DNA of 63,843 nucleotides, the filler included, from Thraustochytrium aureum (taxonomy: Eukaryota), in NCBI GenBank assembly GCA_012862495.1. It is 5 parts of 4 records of this genome, joined end to end, with 100 filler letters (N's around TTAATTAATTAA, not from the genome) between each part and the next. Parts side by side here need not be neighbours in the genome. Positions count along the whole stretch, not along the records: positions 31,853 to 60,774 come from BLSG01000330.1; 4 more parts are not named here. One strand, given 5' to 3'. Every line of letters starts with the position of its first letter. Position 1 is the stretch's first letter. The notes beneath the pieces are model-generated. The model searched no databases, had not been told where the DNA came from, and saw nothing but the letters and a program-made list of their open reading frames with translations. This document shows positions 45,897 through 58,500 of this stretch, in pieces. The position numbers were made by a program, and so were the translations under genes.

Positions 45897-48470
45897 ATGA
45901 AGATCAGGCCCGCGACTGGAGGCGATGCTCCGCAGGGGACGCCACCCGGGGACGCGAGCCGCGGCGGCTGTGAAGACGAGGACAAATCGTCGAACATAGC
46001 GTACAGCTGGGTCATCGCCGTGGTGCTGTGCGTTCTGTCCGCGTTCATCATCAACTTTGGGACCAACTTGCAAAAGCTGGCCTGGAACAGGCGGTCTTCC
46101 GCGAAGGAGGCCGAGGCGGACGATCCCGACTCGGACGGCTGCAACGCGGACGACGGCGATAGCACGGCGAGTAGCGGCCACGGCGGGCTGGCAAGCACCG
46201 ACGCCGCAGCAGGCTCTGCCGGGCGAAACCCGTACCAAAGGCTCGTTGAGGACGAGCCCGTCCCAAGCCGCCAAGGGACGCCAGGCGGCAACCTGCCCGG
46301 CCCGGCCAAGTCTGCCGCTGACGAGGCGAAGTTCAGGCGCATTTGGGTGCTGGGGTTCGGTTGCATCGTGGTGGGGTCGATCTTCGACTTTGCTGCGCTC
46401 GGCTTCGGCGCCCAATCCATTGTGGCGCCTCTGGGGTCGATCTCGCTGGTGGCCAACATGGGCTTTGCGCAGGCCATGCACGGCGAGAAGCTGACCAAGC
46501 GCGACATCATGGCCACCGCCGTTATTTTTCTCGGGTGCGTGGTATCGGTCGCGTTCGCCTCGCACGACAACAACATGTGCGACATCGAGACGCTGCTGGC
46601 ACTGTACAGCAAGCCGCGGTTTGCGGTGTACGCCCTGTCCGTGCTGTCTCTGTTGGGCGGCGGCATCCTTGCGACGCGCTACATGGAGAGCGTCCGCCGC
46701 GCGCATGGCAGTCGCTCGCAGCAGTATCTCGAGCTGGAAAAGTACGACCGTTTCTGCTTTGCCTTTCTCTCTGGCCTGTCTGGAGCCCAGTCCGTGCTCT
46801 TCGCCAAGTCGGTGGACGAGCTCCTGGTCAGCAGCTTCACAGGCAACTCAAAGATCTTCCTGGCGCACCTCGGCTCGTACCTGATCGTGGCGGGAATGTT
46901 TGGCAGTGTCGGCCTGCAACTGTACTGGATGAACGTCGCGCTGTCGCGCTGGGACGCCCTGTACGTTGTGCCGGTTTTCCAGAGCAATTGGATCGTGTTC
47001 TCCGTCATTGGAGGGGGGGTGTTTTATGGCGAATTCTCGGGCTTTTCGTTCGCGCAGAGCGTGGCGTTTCTCGTCGGAGTCAGCCTGACCGTCCTCGGCG
47101 TCTACTTCCTCTCGCAGCGCGACATTCCCGACCCAGACCGCCTCACGCTCGTCCTTGACGACACGGACGACATCGAAAACAACGTGGCACTCAGCGGGGA
47201 TAATTTCGTGTTTGACGACGGGGATGACGCTCCCTCCGTTTCAGCGCGCGCCGGCGACGTCCTCGAGCTTGGGCCTTCGCCGCCCAGGCAGGTGGGTGGG
47301 GATGCTGACGAGATCGCCGCGCGAGGCTCTGACCAGCGTCTCGCAGATGCACTCGACACGCCGCTGCTGACGTCGCAGGTCGGAAGCGCAGGCCAGTACT
47401 CGTCCGCCAAGAGCTTCCGGAGTGTCAGGTCGTCGGTGAGCAGGTCGGCGGTTGAGGAGTACGATGTGACCTTTGCAGAAGACCGCATCGGCTTGTCCGT
47501 GGAGCCATGCACTGTGTTGGCGCGCAGGGCGCAGTCCGCGGCCGCTGGATCTGGATCGGTGCACTCGTTCAGTGGTGGCCGAGACCCGCCGATCCAGCTC
47601 TGGCGCGTGCGCTCGTCGCGCCTTGGCGACCGCCACCCTGTACGCGTCGGCCATGTTATTGTGGCTGTGAACGGTCGCTCCGTGGTGGGCCCGACCGTGC
47701 GCTTGCAGAGAGTTCTGGCGAATATCACTGACGGGCCGCGGCCGATCACACTTCGATTCAGGACATACCCGACCGTCCAGCAACCGATGATCCCGTCGCA
47801 GCAAGGGCTGCCTAGCGGTTCCGCCAGCGCCGGCTTGAGCGCCGCGGCGGGTCGGGCAGAATCTGCGTTCTCCGGTGGCCGCGGCGCCGACGAGAGCGAC
47901 GTCCAAACCGGCGCTGACGAAGGCAGGCCAGAGCTCAAGCACGCCCAAGGAAGTCTGAAGGGCGTGGCACTCAATCCGCTGCTTGGTTTGATCCACACCT
48001 GGCAAGACACCGGCCCGTCCGCATACGACAAGCTTGCGCGCATGCAGGACCAGCAGCACGAGGTGCTGACACCGATCGGGCAGCGCCGACGCGGCTCCGT
48101 GGGGGCGGCAGACTTGGACCGCCCGAGCACTGCGCCGTGCGAAAGCGCCTCGAGGCTCCGGGCTGCGTCTGCGTCCGAGTCAGCAACGCTCTCTACTCCA
48201 GGCGGGGGACTTGGCTCAGGCGAGTCCTCGTCGCGCGGTCGTCGTGGGCATGCGCGGCTGCGTGTGTCGTCGTCAGAATTGGGCGCCGTCGGCACGGTCG
48301 AGGAAGCGCAGCAGGCGGCGTCAGTGTCGCCGATTTCTTCTGCATCTGAGGTGCCGCGCGACCCTTTGCTCCTCGCCGAGGCGCCAGCTGCAGCCCCGAG
48401 CTCGCCCTCATCAGAGCAGCACGCGGGGCGGCGTGCACCTGACGCATCAGATGGCAAGCCGTTGCAGTAG
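45897..48470 (+). CDS. NIPA-family Mg2+ transporter with long cytosolic tail containing a PDZ-like domain
   Basis: INFGTNLQKLA; W..GF...VVGSIFDFAALGFGAQSIVAPLGS; LQLYWMNVALSRWDALYVVPVFQ; GGVFYGEF. An alternative ATG lies at 45852. Confidence 0.88.
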   Translation: MKIRPATGGDAPQGTPPGDASRGGCEDEDKSSNIAYSWVIAVVLCVLSAFIINFGTNLQKLAWNRRSSAKEAEADDPDSDGCNADDGDSTASSGHGGLASTDAAAGSAGRNPYQRLVEDEPVPSRQGTPGGNLPGPAKSAADEAKFRRIWVLGFGCIVVGSIFDFAALGFGAQSIVAPLGSISLVANMGFAQAMHGEKLTKRDIMATAVIFLGCVVSVAFASHDNNMCDIETLLALYSKPRFAVYALSVLSLLGGGILATRYMESVRRAHGSRSQQYLELEKYDRFCFAFLSGLSGAQSVLFAKSVDELLVSSFTGNSKIFLAHLGSYLIVAGMFGSVGLQLYWMNVALSRWDALYVVPVFQSNWIVFSVIGGGVFYGEFSGFSFAQSVAFLVGVSLTVLGVYFLSQRDIPDPDRLTLVLDDTDDIENNVALSGDNFVFDDGDDAPSVSARAGDVLELGPSPPRQVGGDADEIAARGSDQRLADALDTPLLTSQVGSAGQYSSAKSFRSVRSSVSRSAVEEYDVTFAEDRIGLSVEPCTVLARRAQSAAAGSGSVHSFSGGRDPPIQLWRVRSSRLGDRHPVRVGHVIVAVNGRSVVGPTVRLQRVLANITDGPRPITLRFRTYPTVQQPMIPSQQGLPSGSASAGLSAAAGRAESAFSGGRGADESDVQTGADEGRPELKHAQGSLKGVALNPLLGLIHTWQDTGPSAYDKLARMQDQQHEVLTPIGQRRRGSVGAADLDRPSTAPCESASRLRAASASESATLSTPGGGLGSGESSSRGRRGHARLRVSSSELGAVGTVEEAQQAASVSPISSASEVPRDPLLLAEAPAAAPSSPSSEQHAGRRAPDASDGKPLQ

Positions 48471-49405
48471 CTTGAGAGAGTGGCAAGGCAGAAACATATT
48501 ACTTTGTGCCCAGCCGCTGGCGCCGTGTCTCAGGCCTGGCAGCGCCGCATTATAGCTTTACAGACTGCCTAAAGCGAAGACGGATTGCGAGCCGCCGGGT
48601 CGTTCGTTTTGTGCGCGTCGATTCGCATGGCAGGGGCTCGCTCTGCTCCTCGGCGCAAGGCGCTGGTGGGCCGTGCTGTGCACGTTATCTCTAGAGCTAG
48701 CTAATGATTGGGAAGCGCGATGTCAGGCGGAGAGTGGTGTTGAGGAACACCAGGGGTTTGGTTTCAGGTCATCGAGTGACCTTCAGGGGCGACGCGACGC
48801 GGCTGCCAAGGCAGGACNNNNNNNNNNNNNNNNNNNNNNNNNNNNNNNNNNNNNNNNNNNNNNNNNNNNNNNNNNNNNNNNNNNNNNNNNNNNNNNNNNN
48901 NNNNNNNNNNNNNNNNNNNNNNNNNNNNNNNNNNNNNNNNNNNNNNNNNNNNNNNNNNNNNNNNNNNNNNNNNNNNNNNNNNNNNNNNNNNNNNNNNNNN
49001 NNNNNNNNNNNNNNNNNNNNNNNNNNNNNNNNNNNNNNNNNNNNNNNNNNNNNNNNNNNNNNNNNNNNNNNNNNNNNNNNNNNNNNNNNNNNNNNNNNNN
49101 NNNNNNNNNNNNNNNNNNNNTCTGCTCTTGGGCTGTTGCTGCTGCTTGCTGCTAGCTCAGTGCTCTCGTGTCAATCGATCGGGGTCTGCCGCTGTCCGCA
49201 TCGGACCCGACTCAACATGCCAGCCATTTTTGAAATCCACCTTAACTAAAGAGTAACCTAAAGATAGACCTTTTCTTTTTTTCCCACATGCCATGAATCC
49301 ACGGCTGCTGCGAACAGCCCCGCTGCAATGAATCAATCGTATCTCGACCCGGGGTAGAGTCCTGGGTGGGGCGGGAAAAACACGCCGAGAAGCAACTGAC
49401 ACCAG

Positions 49406-49975
<570 letters not shown>

Positions 49976-50720
49976 GTAGAGTAGCCCCTCCTTCCGCAGC
50001 GCCTTGTCGCTCGAAGGCCTTTCTCGTTTCCCTCCTGCGCCTGTACCAGTGCCACCCCAAACACGTGACCGCGAGCTTTGCTGGTCGCCCCTAAGTCGCG
50101 CCAAACCAACATAAGCTTTGCCCTGTACTAAACCTCTCCAGCCCGCACGTCCCTTGCCGCGCTCCGAGCCGCACTGCCTCTCTCTGCCTCTGCGCCCAGC
50201 AGCATGCATCGCTCGAGCCGGCTGAGCTGATGTGGCCAGTCACCAAGTCCATCGATGGTGATCTGACGATCTGACCGTTTGCTCTTGCTTTTTATGCTCG
50301 CGCCAAACGCGGAATGCGCAACGTGCGCTGCCCCCGCGCCCGGCGCGCATCGAGCTGCCGGCGCAAGGCTAGCTAGGGCTAGAACTCGGTGCGGGCGGGC
50401 GAGCAGGCAGGCAGGCAGGCGGGTAGCGAGCGTGGCCTCTGGGCGCCCTGCGCAAGGGCCGGCCGGCAGGGCTCTGGCGGTCCTCGGCGAAGCAGCATGG
50501 CCGCAGAAGCGACTCACAATGCAGCCCAGCCGCTCTCCAAAGAGACAGCGCAGCCTGGGTGCGCGAGAACGCGCAGCCGATGCTCGAGCAGNNNNNNNNN
50601 NNNNNNNNNNNNNNNNNNNNNNNNNNNNNNNNNNNNNNNNNNNNNNNNNNNNNNNNNNNNNNNNNNNNNNNNNNNNNNNNNNNNNNNNNNNNNNNNNNNN
50701 NNNNNNNNNNNNNNNNNNNN

Positions 50721-51502
50721 ACCAAGGAGTAGTCGATCGTGAGCTTTTCAAAGTGGCAGTATCGCAGCGCGCATGAGAGCATGCCGATCTGGGCTCGAAG
50801 CAACGCGGAGCTGACGTCGGATGTCAGACTCTGCACGACGAGCACCGGCAAGCCTGCACACAGGCGCCGAAAGCTCCTGTCCTCGACGATGGGGATAGAA
50901 CCCGACATGAGGATCTCCCACGTGCGGTAACAGGCGAGTTCGAGCCAAGTTGGCCACGTACCTACTCGTCCTTGATACAAGGGCCAACGCATTTTCTCGG
51001 GACGCGATTGCCCTTCGCACGGCCTGCGCGACGTCACGCCTGAAACGAGATGTTGCGCCTGAGGGAATTGGCATAGTGCAACAATGCGCACTTGTTTCTG
51101 ACTCGACAGCGGCGCGCCGTGCGTGTGCCTGCACGGCGCGCCGGGGTCGGCAAGTCGCGTTGGTGGCAAAACCTTCCGCGCCGTGTCTCTTTGTCCTCGG
51201 ATAACGCCTGGCGAAAAGGCTGCGCGGTTTTGCCAGTTTCTTTTTGTCCTCGTATAACGCCTACGAAAAAGGCTGAGCGTTTTTGCCAGTTTCTCTTTGT
51301 CCTCGTATAACGCCTGGGGAAATAGCTGCGCGTTTTTGCCTGTTTCTCTTTGCCCTCGTAGAACGCCTTTGAAGGTTGAGCGGAACGCATTTGCTTCGCG
51401 GACAGCGCGGCACGATGAACGATGGATGCATTGACGCATTTTGGAGTTGGCCATCAACATCGTTCGTCCGGACGCGCGACCTGGCACGCTCCGGCTTGGC
51501 AT
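50721..51502 (-). pseudogene. Divergent or degenerate exostosin (GT47)-like glycosyltransferase fragment
   Basis: CYRTWEILMSGSIPIV...LCAGLPVLVV...FEKLTIDY resembles the exostosin-like C-terminal motif. The usual upstream (S/C)PxGxG motif is absent, and the N-terminal half contains a minisatellite. Confidence 0.45.
51183..51378. repeat. 53-bp minisatellite, about 3.6 copies
   Basis: Units start at 51183, 51236, 51289 and 51342. Consensus GTTTCTCTTTGTCCTCGTATAACGCCTGGCGAAAAGGCTGCGCGTTTTTGCCA. Confidence 0.9.
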
Positions 51503-51621
51503 TCGCTTGCGGGAGGCTGGCTCGGCTCTGGCTGTCCGGGCCCGGCGCTGGCGCAGTTTGTGGTGGTCCTTGGGCCGGGCGCTCTTTCGCTTTCGGGTGG
51601 GGCACCGCTTAGGCCGGCGCG

Positions 51622-52167
51622 ATGGCGCGCGGACGCAGCTTCCAGAAGCGCAAGGTGAAGGTGTCGCGCAAGTCGAAGAATCAGCTGCGGACGAAGATCA
51701 AGAATGAGGAGGTGCAGAGCGAGTGGGGCCGAGGCAGCCTTGCTACCAACTATGCGCAGCTTGGCCTTGCAACCGACCCGAACGCTGTGGTAAGCAAAAA
51801 GCGGGCACGCGAGGCAACAGATGCGCCAGCTAAGACTGCGGCGAAGACGAAGGCTGTGGCCAAGAGCGGCACCTCTGCAACGGCGCCCAAGAAGCCAAAG
51901 CTCCTCGAAAACTGGAGCAAGATCGACCAGGAGGAAGCGCTGCACAACCACGGTACTAACGCGGTGCGCCGCCCGGCGTTCTGGGTAAGCGAAGAGGACT
52001 GCCTATACATAAAACCGCTGGTGGACAAGCACGGCAGCGACATTGCTGCCATGGCGCGCGACCTCAAGCTCAACCCGTTCCAGCGCACAAAAGGCTGGCT
52101 CAAGCGCTTCGTCACCAAATACAACTTGTTCATGCAGGACCAAAGCGACGCGGAGGCTACCAAGTGA
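51622..52167 (+). CDS. NOP16: Nucleolar protein 16 (ribosome biogenesis)
   Basis: Basic N-terminus; W....SLATNYAQLGLATDPN; SEEDCLYIKPLVDKHGSDIAAMARDLKLNPFQRT. Confidence 0.88.
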   Translation: MARGRSFQKRKVKVSRKSKNQLRTKIKNEEVQSEWGRGSLATNYAQLGLATDPNAVVSKKRAREATDAPAKTAAKTKAVAKSGTSATAPKKPKLLENWSKIDQEEALHNHGTNAVRRPAFWVSEEDCLYIKPLVDKHGSDIAAMARDLKLNPFQRTKGWLKRFVTKYNLFMQDQSDAEATK

Positions 52168-52174
52168 GTTGTAG

Positions 52175-52257
52175 CGCTTGCACGTCGCACCGCTTGCACG
52201 TCGCACCGCTTGCACGTCGCACCGCTTGCACGTCGCACCGCTTGCACGTCGCACCGC
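52175..52257. repeat. 16-bp tandem repeat CGCTTGCACGTCGCAC x5 in the NOP16 3' region
   Basis: Five perfect copies starting 8 nt after the stop codon. Confidence 0.95.
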
Positions 52258-52591
52258 AGCGCAAGTTGTACTGCGGTGCAGATATTGCTGTGTGGTCAAA
52301 AATGTCAATCTCTGTTTACTGCATCTCGCTCTCGCCTTGCGGAAAGGCTCTGAGCAGGCATCCTCTTTGCTTTTGCGCCAGGTGTGCCTTGTCTAGTTGA
52401 TTCGATTCGTCGCAAGCTCCAGGCAACGCGGGGCTTCCAAAACGCCTTCGCCAGTACATTCACGGCGCTGGTGCCTCAGCCTCGCCCTCCTCCTGCCAGC
52501 TCCCACCGATTTGCCCCAGGAGCAACGCTCTCAAGCTGGGAGCCACCCGAGCCCACGACGGCAGGCAAAAGAGGAATAAAAGGGCCTGCGC

Positions 52592-55500
52592 CTAGGGGTA
52601 CATCAGAGCCACGTCGTTGAGGTACGTAGTCTCCTGCCCAGACCCGGCCGCGCTGTACACCACAAGATCGCCGCGGATCCGGAGCGCAGTCACGTTGGCC
52701 AGGACGTACCGAAACTCGTCGAAAGTGACNNNNNNNNNNNNNNNNNNNNNNNNNNNNNNNNNNNNNNNNNNNNNNNNNNNNNNNNNNNNNNNNNNNNNNN
52801 NNNNNNNNNNNNNNNNNNNNNNNNNNNNNNNNNNNNNNNNNNNNNNNNNNNNNNNNNNNNNNNNNNNNNNNNNNNNNNNNNNNNNNNNNNNNNNNNNNNN
52901 NNNNNNNNNNNNNNNNNNNNNNNNNNNNNNNNNNNNNNNNNNNNNNNNNNNNNNNNNNNNNNNNNNNNNNNNNNNNNNNNNNNNNNNNNNNNNNNNNNNN
53001 NNNNNNNNNNNNNNNNNNNNNNNNNNNNNNNNNNNNNNNNNNNNNNNNNNNNNNNNNNNNNNNNNNNNNNNNNNNNNNNNNNNNNNNNNNNNNNNNNNNN
53101 NNNNNNNNNNNNNNNNNNNNNNNNNNNNNNNNNNNNNNNNNNNNNNNNNNNNNNNNNNNNNNNNNNNNNNNNNNNNNNNNNNNNNNNNNNNNNNNNNNNN
53201 NNNNNNNNNNNNNNNNNNNNNNNNNNNNNNNNNNNNNNNNNNNNNNNNNNNNNTTGGATAACGACTACTAGACTACGGTGGTCATGCAGCTCCAACTCGG
53301 GCAGGTCTTTGCCAGGAACGGCGTAAGAGAGCAGCGTGCCAGCTCGATCTCTCGCGTCGGACTTTACCCACATTGAGACGGTAAGCTCGGTTCCAATGCC
53401 GCCTTGCCATAGCGCCGCCGATGCCACCCAACCAGCCCCGTCAAGTTCGAGAACACCGGCGTCTTGGCCGCCGCTTGTGGCATATGCGCCACCGTACTCG
53501 CAAGAGTGGGTACACGGCGCTGCGGAGCTCGACAGGTCGCAGCGCTCATTGTACTCTTCGCCGGCGAACCGCCGGTCGACACCGTACATTCCATGCACGT
53601 CGACGTAAGCTGCGGCCGGCTCTGCAAACCCGGCATGGTTCGGGAGCGTGAGGCTGACGTCGTCCTGCGATCCGCCGTTGCCAACTACGGTCCACCCGTT
53701 CGTGAAGGTCGACGTGCCAGTTTGGATCGTGAACGAGTCGCGCACCAGGACGTCGCCGTCGCCGTAGTCGAAAATCTTTACTAGTGCGGTCTTGCGCGAC
53801 CCGAGGCGTGCGTGGGCAAGGCCACCGTGCAGAGACAGCTCGACCACAAACCATACGAAGTGCGCGCCGTGTACCGCGTTGCTAGCCAGAGGGATGCGAA
53901 TCGTTTTCGAGGTCTCCCCGTCTCGGAACTGGACTGTGCCCTCAGCGGCAGAGTAGTCTGCAGGAGAGACCGCCGAGCCGTCCCGAGTGGCATAGTGCAC
54001 AGGGACTGTCCCTTGGGAGCCGTGCTCGCGCGCGATGACCAGCTCCACAAAGTCGTCAAAGTCCTCGACAACGACGACGACTGTATCACGGAAAGTAAAC
54101 AGTCCAGCCAACTGGAAGTCGATAATGTTGAGCTCTTGTTGCTCTTGCGCGAGCTGTGCCGAGGCGGATTCGCTTGCTCGTGCAAGAGCGTCGGCATTTG
54201 GCAGCACAACAACCTGGACTGCCCGTTCGGGGCTAGTCCTCTTGATGATCTTGGTGGAGGTGTAGAGGTCGCTTTCGATGTCAAGTACCTTCTCCACAAG
54301 GATCGCCACCGCAGTTTCTGCAGGCAACGAGTCCGAGGCGTTCAGCGGCGGCAGCACAATAAAGTTCACGATAACAGACCCGCTCAAGATCTGCTCGATC
54401 ACAATCCGGATCGCTGGGATGCCCAGCGACCGGCTCAGGTCGTCGGTGAAGTCGACCTTGAAGTTGCTTTCAGCTTGGCTCCCCGGCGGGATCGTCCCAA
54501 TGTCCATATCTAGCGACAGCTGCACCTTGGCCTCCTTGGTGAACTTCGCGTCCTGCGTGCTTAGTTCCTCCATTAGGGCGAACTGCTCTGCGCCTCCGAG
54601 CCCTCCCGACTCGCCCTCCGAGGACGCACTCGCAGCTGCCACCTCCGGCTTGTACCCGACGCGGAGCCCAGGGTAGGTCCTGTACGGCTCTGAGTTGAAC
54701 TTGTAGCACAAGAGCATCTCAGACGTTGCCGACGAAAAGCGAAACGATGCCTCCCCATCCTCTAGTACTGCATGCGTCGAGCCGGCGATTCCGTTTTGGT
54801 CGCATAGGGCTGCGTCTGCGGCATCGCCTGGCGCAAACGGCGGCAGGACCCACTTTGCTTGATCGCCATCAGCTATGCCAGCCCCACTGAAGCGGAATAC
54901 TATGTCGCCATTCGCAACAGCGCTGTCGACGGGCGTCAGCATTTCCACTGCATCAATGTTCTGCCCGCTAAGCGTGTGCTGCTTGAACAGAATTGGCGCC
55001 CCGGACCCAAACCGGTAGCACAGCCGAAGCGGCTTGTTGTCACCCGGTACACCCTCAAACGCAACGTCTATTGTGGCCTGCCCCAGCTGCGGATGAATCG
55101 GGTCGGCGGAGACTTGGTCGACAACCTTCTCTTGATTGGGAGCCCCCAAAAGCAAGTTGGCCTCCGCATCTCCGCACCCATGGATCGAATGGTCTATAAA
55201 GCGGAATCGATCCCGAGACGAGATCCCAAACGTCCCCGTCAGAGTAATCTGCTTGGAGGTCGAAGAAACGTAGAAATTGGAGGACATCTCCAAGATGGCG
55301 GGCTCCACCACCTGAAGAGCGTGGTGTTCATACCGCACGAACTGGTCCTCAAGCGCGTACTTGTAGCAGAGGACCGTGGGCTCCGCCGGCGACGCGGCAG
55401 GGAGGGACTCGAAGAGGACCGGCACTTGGGCGCATGTCCCGATCGTGGCGTCGATTCCGTCCGGTGACGATGCGAGCACGCAAGTTACAAACTGAACCTC

Positions 55501-58500
55501 GTACGAGTTTGTTGGAGTCACGGCGCTGCAGCCCAAGCTGCCCCTGGGCAAAAAGGCGACACGGTCTCCTGACCGCGGCGCCGTTACGGTCAGGGTGATA
55601 GGCTGCGGCACTCCAGCGAGTGCAAACCGTGGCGAGACTTGCGCGACTGTATTGACGATGACCTGAAACTCTGTGTATAGCCGATAGAAACCCGCATGGT
55701 TCTTGAACTTGTAGCACAAAAGCGCGACCCCGGCATCACGAACAAAGAGGGGCGTTGTAGCGTTCCCCATGACCACATCACCGTCCGGTGAGCCCGTCAA
55801 ACTAGCCGCCGTTTGGCACTTGGCGCTATCGCCGTCGGCAACATCCTTTGCATCCACCCACTTGGCCAAATCGCCGCTCTGCAGCCCGGTGCCATCAAAC
55901 GACAGTGTTGTAGGCACGCCGACGACGGCGTGTGCTTTGGAGACCCCAGTAACACCGAGTGCGCGCGAAGCGATTTCAGGGGAGCTGTATAGCTTGAACC
56001 AAGTCGTGTTTGCGTGGAACCAGTAGCACAGCGCATGCCAAACTTGCCCTTTTGGGGGATATCGTTGGCATGTTGATGGACATCGCTGCGGGGGTTTCGA
56101 CAGCCACCTCGTACAGCACTGGCGCCGTGGCACAGTCCTGATCATTCATGGCTCTGAATTCGCCAAAAGAGCTGCTTTCGTCACGGGGGCCAGCAGGTCC
56201 CCATGGCGGAATGGCGCCGACCGGGGTTTCGATCCAGCGCGCGATATCGCCAGCTCCCACACCGGTGCCAAAAATACTGATCTCTGTTGGAACGCCCTGC
56301 ACAAACTCCACTTGTGAGAGCCGCGTGAGACCATCGACGTTCATGAAAATGTCTTGATGGAGGTGAAAGGGCTCTGGCCCGTGTGCATAGCACAAGAAAA
56401 ACGGATCGTCGTCGCCGGGACTCGGTGCATGGAAAGGCACAAGCAGGTTTACGCCCTCGCTTGCGGAGCCCACGACAAGCTCTGAGGTCGCGCCTGCTCC
56501 GTCCTCTAGCACCTGGCTGCACCACTCGGACTCTGGCAAATGTGGGTGCGCGGGCACGTACTTCACTCGGTCTCCCGCCGCGAGGACAAAGCCCTTCAAA
56601 CTCACACGCGCGGGAGGGTCGAGCAGGGCCACTGTGCGTTTCAACGTGCTGTTCCACACCGTGCGAACTTGCAGTTGAACAAAGGGGTAAACCTTGAAGG
56701 GCTCGTCGGGGCCAAAGCCATAGCAGAGGTACAGCACTTCGGCAGCGTCGTTGAACGTCAGGTAGCCGACTGCTGTGTCATGCGTTGAGCTAGACTCGAC
56801 ACGGTTTACACCGTGGGGAAACATGGTGCACTGCGACGCGTCGGTGGCTGTCGGGGTCCAATGTATGCGGTCTGAAGCGCCGTCAAACCCGCTGCCGTGG
56901 AAAAAGAACACTTTCTCGTGGTTGCGCACAGCAAGCGCACTCGAGCCATGCGAGACTGTGTAGTTTGTTACTTGGCACACAGTGAGGGAGATGGCCTCGT
57001 AGAGCTTGAACGGCTCGTCTCGGAAACGGTAGCACAGCTGCCACCTTGTTGGTGGCATCGGAGCTTCGGCCACGTACGCTTCTGTCGTAGCCCATTCCCG
57101 CAAGATGTTATCGTCACCTAACACGTCAAGTCTGCGCGACGGATCCGAGCAGTCGTCATCGTTATGCGGGCCGTCCGCAGTGTTGATCCACAGCACCTCG
57201 TCCGCGCTCCCGGACAGCCCCACGCCAGTAAAGTTCATCATCTTGGCTTGGTCGGCCACAAGAAGCGGAGTGGACGTCATTCCAACCACCCTGCCAACGG
57301 CGAGTTGAAACTCAGGAAAGAGCTGGAATGGCTCTGCTCCAAACTTGTAGCACAAATATAGCTCCGCAGCCTCGGCTGCTCCGTCGGAGCGTCCGATGCG
57401 CGCGTCGGCTTGAAGGGAGCTTGAGAGCAGCATCGGAGCCTGGTCAGCGTGGTGTGCTGGCAGTGTCGCGTCGTCGCACTGCAGCGCGTCCGGAACCCAC
57501 TTGGCGAGGTCTCCAGCTTGTACGCCGATACCGGAGAAAGTCTGTACTTTCGGGTAGTCAACGACGATCCAAGTATCGCTTCCCACGTCGTGCGCAACAC
57601 GTTGAACCGCAAATACGCTCATCAGGAACTCTGGGTCTTCGCTATAGAGCGCATTGTCAAAGCACAGCTCGAACGGAGCGGGGTCTGACTCGGCCAAAAA
57701 GGTTACTGTTTGCCACGCCGTGTACACAGGGCCCACGTTGAATTCGTCCACAACCGTGAGGAGCTGATCGTTTTCATCAACATCCGGGCTGGCCTGGTCC
57801 AACGGAACAGCTTGACTCATGCAGTTGCTCGAGGCCGTCCACTTTGCAGCGAGGCCAGATTGCATTCCTGTTCCGATGAAGCGGATTGACTTTGCCGCGT
57901 CGCGGACGGCCTGCTGGAACGCAACCCCAAAGACCTTTGTTTCGAAAAAGCTTGCGTCCGGGCTCACGCGTAGATCAACAGGAACGGCGAGCGCGTTACC
58001 AGCAATATCCCTGACCGCACCTGGAAGAAGGGTGAGCATGAAGTCGGAGGCGTTGTCCATCATCGGGAGCAGGTCGACCATCTGCGCTCGAGATAGCTTG
58101 ACCGCGAGTGACTCATTGTACTCGGGAAGGAAATCAACGAGAACAGCTCCATCCAGGGCCAGAGTTTGCTCGGCGAGCACGAGGGACAGGTCCAGCGACG
58201 CGGGGTCCAGCGATTCGTCCGCAACAACTTGGATGCGACCGTCCTTTGCGACAATGCTTGCGGAGAGCAGAACGGGCGGTGTCGAGTCGAGGATCAGCGA
58301 GTCTGCCGCTCGTGTGGAAGCGTGCGCCGCGTTGTCTGCGCAGTCGAGCAGTACGCCAGCTGCAAACGCGACCCGCAGGGACGCTTCACTTCGTACGGCT
58401 AGCCCAATTGCCGTGCGGACGGCCTCCGTGTGGCTCAGGCGGATTTGAGCGGCGTAGTCGGGCACGAGGCCGAGTGGAGCCACGCCGACAGCATTTGGCT

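Noticed and set aside
51183..51378. CRISPR-like array (35-bp conserved part plus 18-bp variable part)
   Set aside because: The variable parts are homologous to each other and too short to be spacers. The context is eukaryotic and no cas genes are present. It is a minisatellite.
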